Source: the human T2T-CHM13v2.0 reference genome, Homo sapiens. From it: a stretch of 64,000 nt of DNA. Under the pieces are notes generated by a model. It searched no databases and had not been told where the DNA came from. It saw only the letters and a list, made by a program, of their open reading frames with translations. The position numbers were made by a program, and so were the translations under genes. This document shows positions 1-15,425 of this stretch, one piece after another. The stretch lies in the NCBI RefSeq assembly GCF_009914755.1, contig NC_060930.1. One strand, 5' to 3'. How positions within the stretch are numbered: position 1 is the stretch's first letter; each line of letters begins with the position of its first letter.

Positions 1-229
1 AAAAATGTTGGGAGGTTCAAGATACGAAGGCTTTCAATTCTGTATAACAGACTTTAGCTTAAGTTTCTCCGCTCTGAAATAAATTTTCAATAAAATATTA
101 ACAGTATGATATCTAAAACAGGTTTACTACTGCTCACATCAAGTTACATCCTCTGACCAATCCTTACCTTCCTTAATGTCAAAGAACAAATCATAGACAT
201 TAAGCTAGAGCTTACCTTTCACTGTCTTC

Positions 230-237
230 TAAGGCAC
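230..237 (-). promoter_or_regulatory. miR-124 8mer seed match (GTGCCTTA) in CD164 3' UTR
   Basis: Plus strand TAAGGCAC; CD164 is a reported miR-124 target. Confidence 0.7.
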
Positions 238-315
238 TGTTCTTTATATTCTCAATGACATAAGATGCTTTACAAGTATGAACAATAATCTGTTATACAC
301 ACTAATGGTATCCTT

Positions 316-362
316 TCATTTCTTTAAATCTGGAATGTAGTTCCTTGTGTGGCATCTTATTT
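316..362 (-). CDS. CD164: CD164 alternative C-terminus (MGC-24-type 189-aa isoform) reached by splicing 959->362
   Basis: Donor TTGG|GTGTGC at 958, acceptor CATTAG| at 364-363; frame gives EIRCHTRNYIPDLKK-stop, total 570 nt=189 aa+stop, matching the isoform I recall. Confidence 0.8.
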
Positions 363-887
363 CTAATGTAGAAAAAACAGCTGTTATCAAGCACAAAATT
401 TTAATCTAAGGATACCATTTAGTACTACTAAATTAATAAATTTATTCCACTTTTGAAATGACAGCCAAAAATCCACCTAATTGATTCTCATTTGGCACGT
501 TCTTCTCAATTCTGTTCACTAAATTAAAATTACTAAATTTAAACTGCCAAGAGCCATGATGTTGTCTGCACAAGACAACATTTTCCATCACTTTCAGAAA
601 GTTATATTTGGCATGTTAAGGAAAAAAAATATAATCCCACAGCAGCAGCTATTTAAAATAAGACAGCCACAGGATTCATGCAGAATATTTTAAATATTCC
701 TGTTGAACACAATGATTTAATTGATTTTTTCTTCACGGATGATGCTCCCAAACATCCTATATGCATCCATGGAAATTTAAAGATCCTGGAATAGCGTCTT
801 CCATGTGGGACATCTTAAAAGATAGTATTTTGGCTTCAGTGAGTTACACAAATGAATCACCAGTCCTTATTAATTCAATGGGTCTGT

Positions 888-1091
<204 letters not shown>

Positions 1092-2447
1092 TCATGGTCC
1101 TCTATTGTAATTTAAAGATGCACCTGAGCCTCTATTTTGCCATGTGTTAAATTCTATAAAGTATTTCCTCAAGTCTTTACAGCTAGAATTTATCCCTAAT
1201 TGAGGAAGACAACCATATCCCATTTTTCATTCCACCCAAGGATACAAAGTGGTCAATGCTACTGTACTAGTACAAATATAAAAACAATGGGAAAAATTCT
1301 CCTAGTACATAAATTGTGCCCTGGGAATGTATCAAACACTTCTAAAATATGCAACAATTTCTTCAGACTATGTACTTTTAGTTAATTGTGAGTGTAAACG
1401 TCAATAGTGCTGAGAATTCACATGACTTTTGAATTTACTAGTATAAGGTAAAATATTTGGTTGCAATTTTTCATGTTACAAAAATAATCTTAATAATATG
1501 CAATTTATAATTTCAACAAGTAAAATAACTGTTTTTAAAGGCATATCCTGCCAACAAATTTCACATGAGAAAGTATTATCAAGTAATAAGGAAAAAACAA
1601 ATATCTGAATTCTTTTCAGGCAGTAAAATGTTTCAAGAGGAAACAGAAAAAGCGATTTCCATTTAAAATAATCTAAGAAAAAAGTAACAGTTATCAAAGA
1701 ACACTGGTTCTGGTGGCTGTACAAGTTGGTAACTTTAATGACAACTGTTTTGTATTCCTTCTCGTGAAGACAGAATGGCTTCACTGAAACTGAGAAAAAG
1801 GTGGCATAAGCATGAAGAAAAAGAAATCACAAAAAGCAGGTAGAAGATTCATTAGCATCAGTTTTTTAAAAATATGGAGGGAGGAAAGGATTCCTAACCT
1901 GTGTACCTACAGTATCCTGTGGCGTAACCTAACTATGAATTAAATTAGATTATGTCAAATCATCATTTAATAACAAGCTAATTTTCACATTACTGAGCAA
2001 TGTTAAGAAATGGTTAAGAAAGTGAGGTGCACATCTGGTAGTGATTCTGGCTTTTTAGACCTTTCTCAGTGAAAAGGACGGATATATTATCTTCCCTCAA
2101 ATCGCCATGCTCTCTCATACAGCACACAACCAATCCCTAACGGTAATCAGAAGTTACAAATTAGATTTTACATACAAGTTGTACTGAAATGTTTGGAAAA
2201 ACATTATTACTTAATTCTAAAGTGTCACGTCAAATGTGATTACACATTTAAAAATGAGAAGAGGAATCTCAGCAAAGCTATCATTATTGTGTTAACAAAG
2301 CACTACCTTGATCCCCCCTAAGAGTAAGAGAAGAATTTCAGTTCCATAACCATTAACGAAGAAAGCTGGAAAATGATGGCAGAAATTGTAAAGGGCAACA
2401 TCGTGCACACATCCTGCATCATTGCTAATCTAAAAAGCCTCAATTAC

Positions 2448-2504
2448 CTGATGTAGTAACTGTCTTGGAAGTTGTAGAAGGGGAGGGCTGAACTGTGGGT
2501 TTAG
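2448..2504 (-). CDS. CD164: CD164 exon 5 (mucin domain II)
   Basis: 57 nt, (A)KPTVQPSPSTTSKTVTTS; acceptor TTCCAG|, donor CAG|GTAATT. Confidence 0.95.
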
Positions 2505-2931
2505 CTGGAATGAAAACAAAATGTCTTTTTAAAAAACCTTAAATTTCTAGCTTCCCAGTTATCTAACAGCTTTAAAAAATAATCCTGCCAACTTCAACAT
2601 GCTTTCAATTTTTTAGAGACCAAAAGCCAAATTTCAGTTAATGGTTCACTAACATAGCTATGCACCCAAGAATACTAGGATTTAAGTGTATTTTAAAACA
2701 ATAAGCAATCATAAAATTGTTAATATCTATGTATCTATCTTGTATAAAATCTATGTATACATCTGGATAAAATTTGCGAAAACTCTTATCTTGCTCACTG
2801 CCAAGGGCAAGAACATTTAGGTGAGGAAACTATAGGTTCTTCATAATCTTTCTCCTAAGACAAAAACTATTAAAGTCGTAAGTTCTCTCTTACAAGGGTA
2901 TTGAGATTTGCCTATCTTCTTCACTTCAGGA

Positions 2932-3095
2932 GTTGGCAAACTTTTCTTAAATGGGTTGAAAGCAAATATTTTACTCTTTGGGCACTGTGTGATGCAAAAG
3001 CAGCCAAAGTCAACATGCAGACGAATGGGCATGGTATGTTCCAATAAAGCTTTATAAGAACAGGGGCCCTGGGCCCACAGTTCCCCAACGTAAGA
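2932..3095. mobile_element. MER58-like hAT MITE
   Basis: GTTGGCAAACTTTTCTT..AAATATTTT..GAATGGGCATGG..TGTTCCAATAAAGCTTTAT pattern. Confidence 0.6.
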
Positions 3096-3163
3096 TTCTA
3101 AGAGCCCAAGGTTAAGTAAGCTCTAGTCCACCACACTGCATGAGGCCAAAATACTATTTGAGT

Positions 3164-3210
3164 TGCCATTACTAAAGGCAAGAACTGCAATTACTTTTGC
3201 ACCAACCTAA
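3164..3210. mobile_element. MADE1 (Hsmar1-derived MITE) partial copy
   Basis: TTGCCATTACT..GGCAAGAACTGCAATTACTTTTGCACCAACCTAA followed by TA. Confidence 0.75.
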
Positions 3211-3278
3211 TAGCTGATGATACTGCTAAAGAAATGTACACTCTGAGAAGGATTAGTTTGAATGTAAAATCATTTTAG

Positions 3279-3584
<306 letters not shown>

Positions 3585-6029
3585 CAGTATATCACCTATT
3601 AAGTTTCTATTGGTAGTATGAATACTAATAGAAGTCTGACCAAGGCTTTCAGAAAGGAAGGATGTGAATATAGTTTCTACAAATTAACATTTTTTCTAAC
3701 ATCCAAATGGCTACCAAATAAATTCAAAGTTTGCTGGAGCATTTGAGAAAGGTTTCATTAAGAGGTTGTCCTAAGGGTAGGGTTCAAATTTTTGGAAAGT
3801 GCACTATAGGAGTCACTAGCTAAGAGAGCTTATTTTGTCTCAGGAAATCATTAGGTAAGTCAGGCTTCAGAGTGCAAGGGCTTCAATATGAGGATATGCT
3901 TATGCTGGTGGGCCGCTAGGGATGATCTGGGGAAAGATGAGGAAGATTAATCATATGAGATTTATATTTTTATAAAAATGTAAGGTGCTATGCAAACATT
4001 CATTTTTGTACTATTTCAGAAAAAAGGGTTTGAAGGCTAAAGAGAATTTGGAAAACAAATGTTACTTCTGTTTAAAGTACATAACTGAACAGACTTCAAA
4101 GTGATATGCTTAACCCACGAAAGACAGGGAAAGGGTGCCAAATAACTGTTGATGAAGCACAGAAATGAGTAATCTTTTCACTGCATTAGACTTTCAAACA
4201 ATCGAACAAAAACCTCAATAGGAATCAGCATCCTCCCAAATTCTACTAATATAAAAGAGGAAGTTCTGTGCTTTAACAGTAAATATACACTAAAAGAGCA
4301 GGGCTTGACAGTTTTCAGATATTGCTAAATACCTGAATTGTTGCTAAAAGTAGATCTTTAAAGACCAGGACTCTCGTAACAGGCTGACTACCCATAATCC
4401 CAAGGTTGACTGAATCCTAGGAAACTAAGGTATTCTAATTTTCACATGACCATGAGTCACAGAGAGCTTAAGACTTCTTTTATTAATATTGATACTACTT
4501 AGAAGCTAATAGGTGATATACAAATAATACTGATGGATATGTTCAGACCCATTTGCTTTCTTTTTTCCCTCTTACTTCAAGCATTGTTGTACATACTTCC
4601 ATCCATCCTGCTCTTGATTAAACAGTTCTCTCAACTCTCCATGCTGAGAAAATCTTACAGGAAAATATTTGACCTTATCTCTGGTAAGACTGGTCCTTAC
4701 ACAGAATTCTTAGATTAGAGGCTGTGGTTATGTTAAAGCTCATTATTTCTGTCAAGGTTTTTACTGCTTCTGTGTAACCACAAAAAAATACACTTTACAA
4801 ATTAAACACATCAAATTCTGTTCAATCTCAAAACACTATTACCAATTGTTTGACAATGTTAGGAAAAAAATTCTGCAAATTTGCAATTTGGTTCTCATTA
4901 CCCAGCCTCAGAACAAGGTAAAAACTATTTCTTTTTAATAAGTAGGCAAAATATTTTATTTTCGATTTTGAAAAAAGTATTGCATTGACAATATTTTCAA
5001 AATAAAAGCACCACTTAGGGAATATACCTCTGTTGACCTACTGTTTCTTTTACTGAAAAAAAAAGATTCATTAGGAAAGGTTAAAAAAAAATAATAATAA
5101 TCATAAGTTATAAAAGTTGCTATTAGTGGTAAGAAAATCTAGAAAATGCCAAAAAAAATACTGAATTAGTCCCATCAGAGTAACAGGTTACTTCTTGCCA
5201 TTTTTCTAGGCATGTATATAACAAGAGCTAAAATTGTATTACAATTGCTTAATACAGTTCATCTTCCACTTCATATGAACATTTTCCACTGTATCTGACA
5301 TATTTTGGCTATTCTATTATTTGTACTGAAGGAGGGCCATTATAATTAACCTCATTATACACCCTTCTATATAAATTAGATTCTCTTTGCATTGTTTAAC
5401 TACCCCTTCACTTCTCACTTGCTCTCTTCGGCAGACGGTACACATGCCCGGAAAAGAAACCGCCTAAAGGTTTGTTCTTCAACTAGTGTCAGTCAACTGA
5501 TGCATTTTCTGCAGATAAGCCCTTGCTGCTTTCCCCCTTTACAGCACCAAAGAGAGCTATAGCACAAAAGACTCATGGCAATTCACAGGAGGACCCAGGG
5601 TGGAGAAAGCTGCAGAGAACTACATCAAGAGTGAACCCAGTTCTCAAGAAATGAACAACAGTTCTGAATAAATTGTTCCCCCACTCCCTGCACCCCATTT
5701 TCTTTTCATAACCAACCTTCTGAAAATTACTTTTCTCCAAACACCTCTGGTTTCAGCAACCTTCAACATCCTACTTAGTCAATGTCTTCTAATGAGTGTT
5801 AAATATTTACGACCACATCACCATATAATCATCAGCTCAAAATAAGTTTTGTATCATTTGCAGACTTCCATGGCATGACTATTTCCATGGTAACCAGTTT
5901 CAAGTTACCAACATGGTATCACTGAACATGGGCTGGGAAGAGCTACTACACAATAACTGGCTAGCAAAAGCTGGTCCAAGCCAGCTCCACACACCACTGC
6001 GTAAGTGTTTCAAGATGAGTTGTCCTTGT

Positions 6030-7030
6030 TACAGCATTTGACTACTTCTTCCTTTGAAAAACTACGCCCACAACCACATACTGTTAGTTTCTTGCACATA
6101 CTTCTCTGGGCTTTTTTACTACCCTACCCCCATCCCTATTTCCTCCCGTCTTCTTCCTAGCCCTTAGACATTACTGTTTCCTAGAGTCTGGTCTTCAAGC
6201 CCCATCCCTTCTTTCTATATGCTCCTCCAGTGCCTCTACTACTGCCTATGCCTATTTATATTTTTAGCCAAGAGCTCTTGCCTGACTTGCAGTTTCCTGA
6301 ATACTGAACAGATCCCACTTAAATGGATTCTAGGTATCTTAAACTAAAATCCCAAATGACAGGCCCAACCATCAATAGACTGCTCTTCCTCTTTCTTGCT
6401 TACTTTGGTGAAAATTCCTCCCCTTCTCCCTATCACTCTACCTCTCCTCCTCTCAGTCATGAAGTCCTACCCCTTCTACTTCCTAAACTTATTTGCAAAC
6501 ATCTGCAGCCCACCTCTATCTGTTCTCTAGAATTATTGTAACAGGCTATCTAATCTCCTGAGTTCCTTCTGGCATCGTTCCAATCTACTCTCCACAATGC
6601 CAGAATAAGTTGTTTTATTAAAATGCAAGTCTGATCATATGACCTATAAACTTTAAAATCTTTCAGGATAACATCTAAGTCTACCAGCAAGGCATACAAA
6701 GGTGTTTCCCAATTCTGCTCACCTGGTGAGCAACTGGTGATGGACCAGCTTAACTCCTTCTCACCTTGTACAGGATGGGACACTCTTTGAACTCACCGTA
6801 CTACTTCACATCTCCTCCGCATGTGCTGACCCGCTGCTCCACTTCAGAGGCTCTCTCCAAGTTTTCCAGTGCAGTTTCACTACCAAGCTATCACCACATC
6901 TGCATCCCACCCAATACACATTCCTTCTTACAAATTTCCCAATACGCTGTGCTCACTGAGATCTTTCATTGTTCCTACAGTAGACAAAATGCTGGCTTAA
7001 CCCTACCATTTACCCTAGTACTTGTCTTGG
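6030..7030. mobile_element. Degenerate L2 fragments (others near 17450-17900, 25570-26100, 28050-28700, 55930-56460)
   Basis: Pyrimidine-rich L2-like phrases (AAATGCAAGTCTGATCAT, CCAGCAAGGC, CTCAGCCCAGTCATCACCTCCTT). Confidence 0.45.
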
Positions 7031-7371
7031 AATAGACGCATTTAATATTGGTAAAATGTTAAGTATTTAATATTTACTCTTCCTCTCAAGTTAGTAAATT
7101 TTAAGGAGTTCTTATCCATGCTGTTGAGGGCACGGTAAAAACTTTCCAGGTTGATGGGAATGAAAATAATAAATCTTTCTGGAGAGCCTTAAAATAATCA
7201 TACCCTCTGACCTAGAAATTCTGTTTGACTCAAACCTATCAGAGATAAATACAAATGCAATTCCATGTAAGATGTTCACTGCATGGAGAATGAGAGACGG
7301 CCTAATTCTCTAATCAAGAGCAGGATGGGTAAAGTGTATACCATAATGCTTACATTAAGAGAGAAAATACA

Positions 7372-7680
7372 GGCTGGGCTCGGTGGCTCACACCTGTAAT
7401 CCCGGCTCTTTGGGAGTCTGAGGTAGGCGGATCACTTTAAGTCAGGATTTCAAGACCAGCCTGGCCAATGTGGTGAAACCGTGACTCTACTAAAAAAACA
7501 AAAATTAGTTGGGCATGATGGCAGGTGCCTGTAATCCCAGCGACTCAGGAGGCTGAGGCAGGAGAATCGCTTGAACTTGGGAGGGGAAGGTTGCAGTGAA
7601 CCGAGATCGTACCACTGCACTCCAGCCTGAGCGGCAGAGCAAGACTTCGCTTCCAAAAAAAAAAAAAGAAAAGAAAAAAA
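7372..7680 (+). mobile_element. Alu
   Basis: GGCTGGGCTCGGTGGCTCAC...A tail; approximate TSD AAATACA. Confidence 0.93.
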
Positions 7681-8110
7681 GAAATACAAAGGTGCATGAA
7701 CGTTATCGTACAATTTCATAAAAAGTGTATTTATTTAGATACACATAAAAAAGACTAGAAGAAATTAATCACTGAAAACATTTTGGTTGCTCTGGATGAT
7801 GAGAATTATAATTTGCTTTAGGCTTCTATATTTCCCAAGATTTCCACTAAATCTATAAAAAGTACTTTATAGACTCAATGTACACAGCCTCAGCAAATCT
7901 GCTCACATTCACCGACTATAAAACACTGGAGCTATGTGTCACTGTCACAAAAGGTAGAGATTAACGTTAATTGCTGTGGTCCAAGACTTTTAAGTTTTTA
8001 CTCATCTTTAAAATTATACTAACAACTTTTACATAATTATTTAAAACTAATCCATCAAGAAAGCTTAAAAATACTGAAGGAAAAGGAAGAAAACAGTCAT
8101 CTTGAATTAC

Positions 8111-8149
8111 CTGTAGAATTGGCTGTTGGCACTGGAGTGGCCGTGGAAA
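8111..8149 (-). CDS. CD164: CD164 exon 4 (mucin domain II)
   Basis: 39 nt, (V)STATPVPTANST; long T-rich tract + TAATAG| acceptor, donor CAG|GTAATT. Confidence 0.95.
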
Positions 8150-8891
8150 CTATTAAAAAAAGAAAAAAGAAAAACCATATACATCAAAGCTATTTAAAAT
8201 ATCACAATCTATAACGCTAGTTCCTGACCTGCAATCATTTGAGTACTTTTCACAATTTTTACAACACTTAAATACTACCTGTGGAAGAGACTGACAGTTG
8301 CCCCCAAATACCAGTCTCTTCTTTAGAAATAGAATCACCAATTTTTATCAACACCTCCCTTCCTCCTGAAAAGACATTTCCTAGTCTCCAGTGCTTCCAG
8401 GCCATCACGCATAACCTCTAGGAAGCATCCTTAAAGTAAGATACAAGCCTCTTTCATTCCCTTCTTCATCCTGCTGGCAGGAAAATAATCAATGTGATGG
8501 CTGGAACATAAGGACCCACCTTGGACAGTAGGGTCAAAGCCATTTTTGAGAGGTGAAAGAGTAAAAACCTAAAGAAGCCTCAGTCCCTAATGGTTGCAGA
8601 GCTGAACTCTAGTCCAGACTTCCTTTACATGAGAGAAAAGTAAATCAGTCCACTGCTTAAGCCATTGTAATTTGGGGGTTTATGTCCTTCATAGCTGAAA
8701 CTAATTCTAACTGGTACATCATCAAATATGCAGCAGTACAAATACAGTTTTCCTTTAAATCAGTTTTCAAAAACGTTCTAATACTAATGAAATCTTCATT
8801 AATCTTGTCTCTAAGCAATATTACAAAACCACAGGTCTGACAGTTATTAGTTTATCTAACACATATTAAAGTAATTACTTAAAATGTTTCA

Positions 8892-9176
<285 letters not shown>

Positions 9177-9907
9177 GTTTGTTCGTGTACCACCTAACTA
9201 TATTATGCACCCTGTGTGAAGTAAAACTGATCTAATACTAATGAAATGTTCAGTTACAAAATTCACATTGGGATGGGGCAACCCCTACCAAAATTAAAGA
9301 GTCAAAGGTAGTCTTTCAAGGTTAGACACACTGCACAAAAATCTTTTTCCTATTCAATTATTATCTATGCATCAAATTAGGAATATGCCTTTCCCACTGA
9401 TTTACAATCTCATTGGAAAAATCAGCAGCTTCAAGTAGAATTTTAACGTTTTGCTGGACGAATAGTAAAGGTTAAAAATTAATCAAGTTACTCAGATTAA
9501 AATACAGAAAATGGATGGGTATAGAAAAGCTCATTTAACCACAGCACCAACTATGCTGCAGAATAAATTTATCAATCAACAATCCCCAGTATCGCAACAC
9601 CAAAAGTGCCAGAATGAGGTTTCCCAGACCTGCAAGATGCAAACATAGCGGCTAAACTGTGATGAATTCCTAGAAAAGTTTAAAAAAAAAAAAAAAAGTG
9701 TGGGGGCAGACAACGCATCCACACTTACAGCATCCACACTATAGCTAAATCACTAAACCAAGCTTCAAATATCATCCTTTAATCAATCAATATGAATATA
9801 CTATTCATATTCCAATTCTAACAAGATGAGAATTATGGCAATGCTTCAAACAAAGCACTGAAACAAGGCTTTCTGAGGCAATGATCTTCCTCACCTCTCT
9901 GCGGTCA

Positions 9908-10042
<135 letters not shown>

Positions 10043-11580
10043 TCAACCACCCATTTGTATTATCTTTGACTCTGCTACTAAGCTCTATGAAATCAAACCC
10101 AAACACTTTAGAAGTGGGCAGGGGGAACCACTTTAGGTGTTTTGACCTAAAGTTAAACCCACAGACCAAACCCTGTCATTCTCCTTTTCCCACTGACTTA
10201 GAGATTACGCAGGATCCTTCTAACTTTTATCCATTAAAAATCCACATTAATATACTGAAAAAATAAATCTGCAACACTTAGATCTCAGAATTGTGGGAAG
10301 ACTACTGTACAATCAAGAAAGGCAGCCATCATCTAAAAAGTGGGCAGGTGGCTCACGCCTATAATCTCAGCACTTTGGGAGGCCAGGGTGGGAAGATCAC
10401 CTGAGGTCAGGAGTTCGAGATCAGCCTGACCAATATGGTGAGACCCTGCCTCTACCAAAAATACAGAACTCTGTCTCAGGGAAAAAAAAAAAGGCGGAGA
10501 CAGTAAGTTGAAGTGGTCAGGGTCTGTATTAAGAGGTTAGTAAACAGATGAGGCACCCCATAACACTGTAGAAACTCTATTCCAAATCTCACTGCTTTAG
10601 TCTTCTATACTTTCTAAAACAACTTTCCTGGATAGGTAGACTTGGAACAAGAGTAAGGGGAGAACCTTTCCCAACAAATCTTAAAGTAGAGCATTCCATC
10701 TCCAAAATTCACCAACTCTTACATACTCCCATATAAAGGGGAAAGAGTACGCCCTTAAATCCCATTTTATGACCTAAAAAAAAGAGACACTTCTATAACA
10801 AAAAAGTTAATTTGGCCCAATTTAGTTAATACCTTAAAGAGCTTTTTGAAATTTATGTAGTGATATAATTTCTAGAACTATTAAAATTTTTACCAAATAA
10901 AAAAACTTATGGTTTGTTTTTACTTAAAAAAAAAACCGCCAAAACAACTAGATTGTTTTACTGATAAGTGCAACCACTTTACATTAAAAAACAATTAAAA
11001 TAATGTATGCAGTAATATGGTTCTAATAAGAATCTTATTGAATTTCAATGTACGTCCCTTTAGCGCTCTACCTCTTGTATTAACAAAAGCACAGGAAGTC
11101 AACTCTCCCTACCTCTTTCTTCTCTACACCTAAGCATCCAACAGTTTCATAAGGTCTCTTTATATTTCATGTTGCAGGACACAGTTTTCAACACAACCTT
11201 CACTCACAGCTAATTCCAGTGTATTAAAGTACTCTCAATCCTTAGAACAGGCTTTAAAAAAAGCCAGGTGAGGAAGCACGCATCTGTAGTCTTGGCTACT
11301 AGGGAGGCCAAGGTTGGAGGATTGCTTGAGCCTAGGATTTCAAGACCAACCTGGGTAACACAGGAGACTCCATCTCATAAAAAACAAACGACTGAGCTTT
11401 AATTATCAAGTCTTAAGGAATCTAAAGGGAGGATGGGAGACAAAAAGAGATTTTCAGGGGGAGTGCGAGGCAACTGGCACTTTAAAGGAGTACTGGATTT
11501 GCAAAATAAATAGTGCACAATATCCTAAATGTCCTACATAACTTTCAAGTGTTCAAGAATTACTGTATTTTAAAATGCTA

Positions 11581-11790
<210 letters not shown>

Positions 11791-13956
11791 TTACATACAG
11801 CATCAAAATTACTAATTCAGATAAATGATAAAACTTTATACTGGTTTACTAAGAAATTCCAATCATTACAAAGCTGTAAGTAAACGCATTAGAAAAACAA
11901 GCTAGTGGTCACTCTCAGTACAGTGCCTGATGGTATCTGTCTAACCAATCCTTTTTCACAGGACAACTATTGGAAGACACCCACAGCCACTAAGGATTTA
12001 GGCATTTCAAAGCATCCTTAATACATAAAAATATCGAGAAAAAGGCTTTGATATAATACCAACACTACACATAGGAAAACCACTACCCCCAAACATCAGA
12101 TAAAACCCTGAGATTTTTAGTAGTAACAGTAGTAGTTTAACAGGTTGAACCCAAGCACTGATGATGCCCATTCTGCTGCAAACAAAGATAATTTCCCAGG
12201 GATTCTCGATTCATAAATGATCCACTCTCGACAGGATCCTCCACAACTGGAGACAACATCTAAAAGCCCATATTCAAGTGCATACAATTCAGGTTAACAA
12301 GGTATTTGTCAATAGTTCATCCTAGGCCAAACAATCCAGAAACAAGTACTCATCACCATAATTCAATTTCTGGAGAAGAACGGACTATAAAATTGGGCTC
12401 TATTTTCCAGTGAGAAAAAGCAGCAAAATAAAAGAAAAAAAAGAATTGGGCTCCATTCATTTTCCTAGAAACTAGATGCCTCCAAACATTCTCGTTTGCT
12501 TTGCTCCTGCCTAAAAAATAGTTCTGCAGAGGCACTGCTTTCAATACTTCATCATTAGTACTTATTAAAGACTGGGACATGTACGGTGGGGTGGGGAAGG
12601 GTTCATAAAGTAAAAATAAATTTTCTGAAGTTTGTATAGATAAAACATGCTGTTTAAAAACCTTTGTGCTTGACGGGTGTAGCAAAGTGAAATGTCTGAA
12701 ATGTTCTTTACAATGAACTAAACTTGCTACCTTTCAGACCACACTACATCCACTTATGATTTCCAGAAAATACATACCTCCTTTGCACGCACTTCAATTA
12801 CACAAAGACAAATTAATTTGATACTTCCAACCTTCTCTTACACACACACTACAATTCTGAAAGGAAACTGTCAAATTAAGACTGAGACAAACATATTCTG
12901 CTCTATCATCTTAAAATAGTGCGGTTAGAATTCCCAGTATTATACTGCAATTTACTTCCCTCGTTTTGAAATGTTACCATTACATCTTCCTTAAACTAAA
13001 AACAAAACATTAAGTTTACTATATACTTTATTAAACTTTTATAAAATACTAAAACTAGAGGAGAATTTGTAGAATATGAATGCCGTGATAAAAATCATTA
13101 CACTTCGGCATTCTTCGGTCAAGAAGCCAATGTTAACTACGTAAACATTACTCCTTAACTAATGTTAACTAGAATAACCAATCATACGAGACTGCAGGTT
13201 TTAAACCTCTAGTGTTTCTCCCGCTTATTACCTCAAACTTATCTTCCTTCTCTCTTTTGTGTTGTCACGGTATATGGCAATTTCTGCTTTAAAATGTATG
13301 TATGCCTTAACCAGCCCTATGCGACTGCACATAACAAAAGACACGCTCCTGATCGGGTTTTAGAAAACCCACAGACCTGGGCACAAACCCCCGTTCCACG
13401 ACCTACTAAACATACGCTATCTGAGCACAGGACATAGTTAAGAAAATTTTAAAAACAATTGAAAAAAGAATAAACATACAATGTCAGGAGAGTTTACTCA
13501 TCTCCGTCTCTGCATCTACCTCCTAGGTTTCACTACCTACCTTCCAGTTTAGCCTTAGGATACGTACGCAAAACACCCGGTACATACATGGGTACTTTTC
13601 TTCCTTTTCGCATACTTTGAAGTGTGAAGTTTTCACTAACTACGTGCTCAAACGTCAGCTACATTCTATTCCTATCTGCAAAACCAATGTAATTAAATCT
13701 CAAGCGACCTTCTCAGACTCAAGTCTGAGACACGAACGAGCATTACCGTCTTTAAGTTTCTCTTTCCCGGACTTCCGGAGAAGGCTACCTCCGGAGAGAG
13801 GCGCCGGGAGGGTGAACAACCAGTGGCAGGGAGAGGCAGCTCGGCCCCACCGCCAACCTCAGAGGCGCGACGCCCGGCCCCATCCTCAACCCCACCGCTG
13901 CCCCCGCGGAAGGAAGCCACGTCCCCATTTCCGACCCCAAGTGAGGCTAGGAATTA

Positions 13957-14466
<510 letters not shown>

Positions 14467-14530
14467 TCAACCCCTCAATCCCCTGCGGCGCCGCCTCCGA
14501 GACTACGCTCCCCCGCGGGAGCGCGCAGGG

Positions 14531-14539
14531 GTCACGTGA
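14531..14539. promoter_or_regulatory. CLEAR/E-box motif GTCACGTGA (TFEB/TFE3/USF type)
   Basis: Motif just upstream of exon 1 of a lysosomal membrane protein gene; second copy CACGTGAC at 14863-14870. Confidence 0.6.
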
Positions 14540-15425
14540 GAGGCCCCTGTTTTCGGCGTGCGGGGGCGAAGAGGAGGGAGGTGGGGCTCGGACGATACCA
14601 ACGGGAATCCTACGGGGGGAAGCAGGGGAGTCGGGAGGAAGCCGAAGGAACCTGGCCCTCAAAGCGACTGTGCCACAGCCAAGAAAACTGGGAGCTTCTG
14701 CAAATCGTTCTTCTTGCCCTCAGATTACCAGACACGACGCAGCTGGACTTGTCTCATGCCTGCGATAGGGACGGCCCCCACCCTGACTTGCATGGAACAG
14801 TCGACATAATGTGGCCTACTGCTTCCACCTGAGCGCCCCGCCAGGCTGTAATTCCGCGGGCCCACGTGACCTCCGGGGCCGCGCCTTCCGGACGCAACTC
14901 CACTGGGGCGGAAGTTGGTTTTGTGCGGCTCTCAAGAACTAAGTTTGTGCTGTGCTGCGGGATCCCCAGGGAGCTTCCTTATATCTTCGGCAGGACCCCT
15001 TCTTTTTTTCTTGAAGATTGATTTTGCTAGAAGTTATCCTGTGATGGGACTCCCTAGGGGAATGGAGGCACCACGTGGTTAAGGAGTTTGTGCGTTGCCG
15101 CCCACATAGTGTGGGCAGCTGAGGCGCCGCCCGGATCAGAGCCGCAGGGCGTCTACTCTGTCACTTTCCCAACCTGACTTTTCCGGATTGCTATTTCAGA
15201 CGGCGGTTGCAGCAGCCGACCTGTCTCAACTCCACCACTGTAGTCAGAGAATCAAAAGCGGTCTGAGTTGCGAGGTCATTGGGGAGGCCCCCACCCCCAC
15301 ATTACCAGTGAGGAAACTGAGACTTAAAAAAGTGACCTGACCTGGACACGGGATTGCCTGACATCAGAGCTGGATTCTTAAGTTCCTGTTAGTGTTAAGG
15401 CGCTGCTCAGACTTTTAGTAAAGGT

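Larger units (their letters stand above)
1..887 (-). other. CD164: CD164 3' UTR (continues beyond window start)
   Basis: AT-rich sequence after stop; no repeats recognised; contains miR-124 8mer and AATAAA at 446-441. Confidence 0.85.

Noticed and set aside
3164-3210. MADE1 as a miR-548-like hairpin
   Set aside because: One arm is largely missing, so no long hairpin can form
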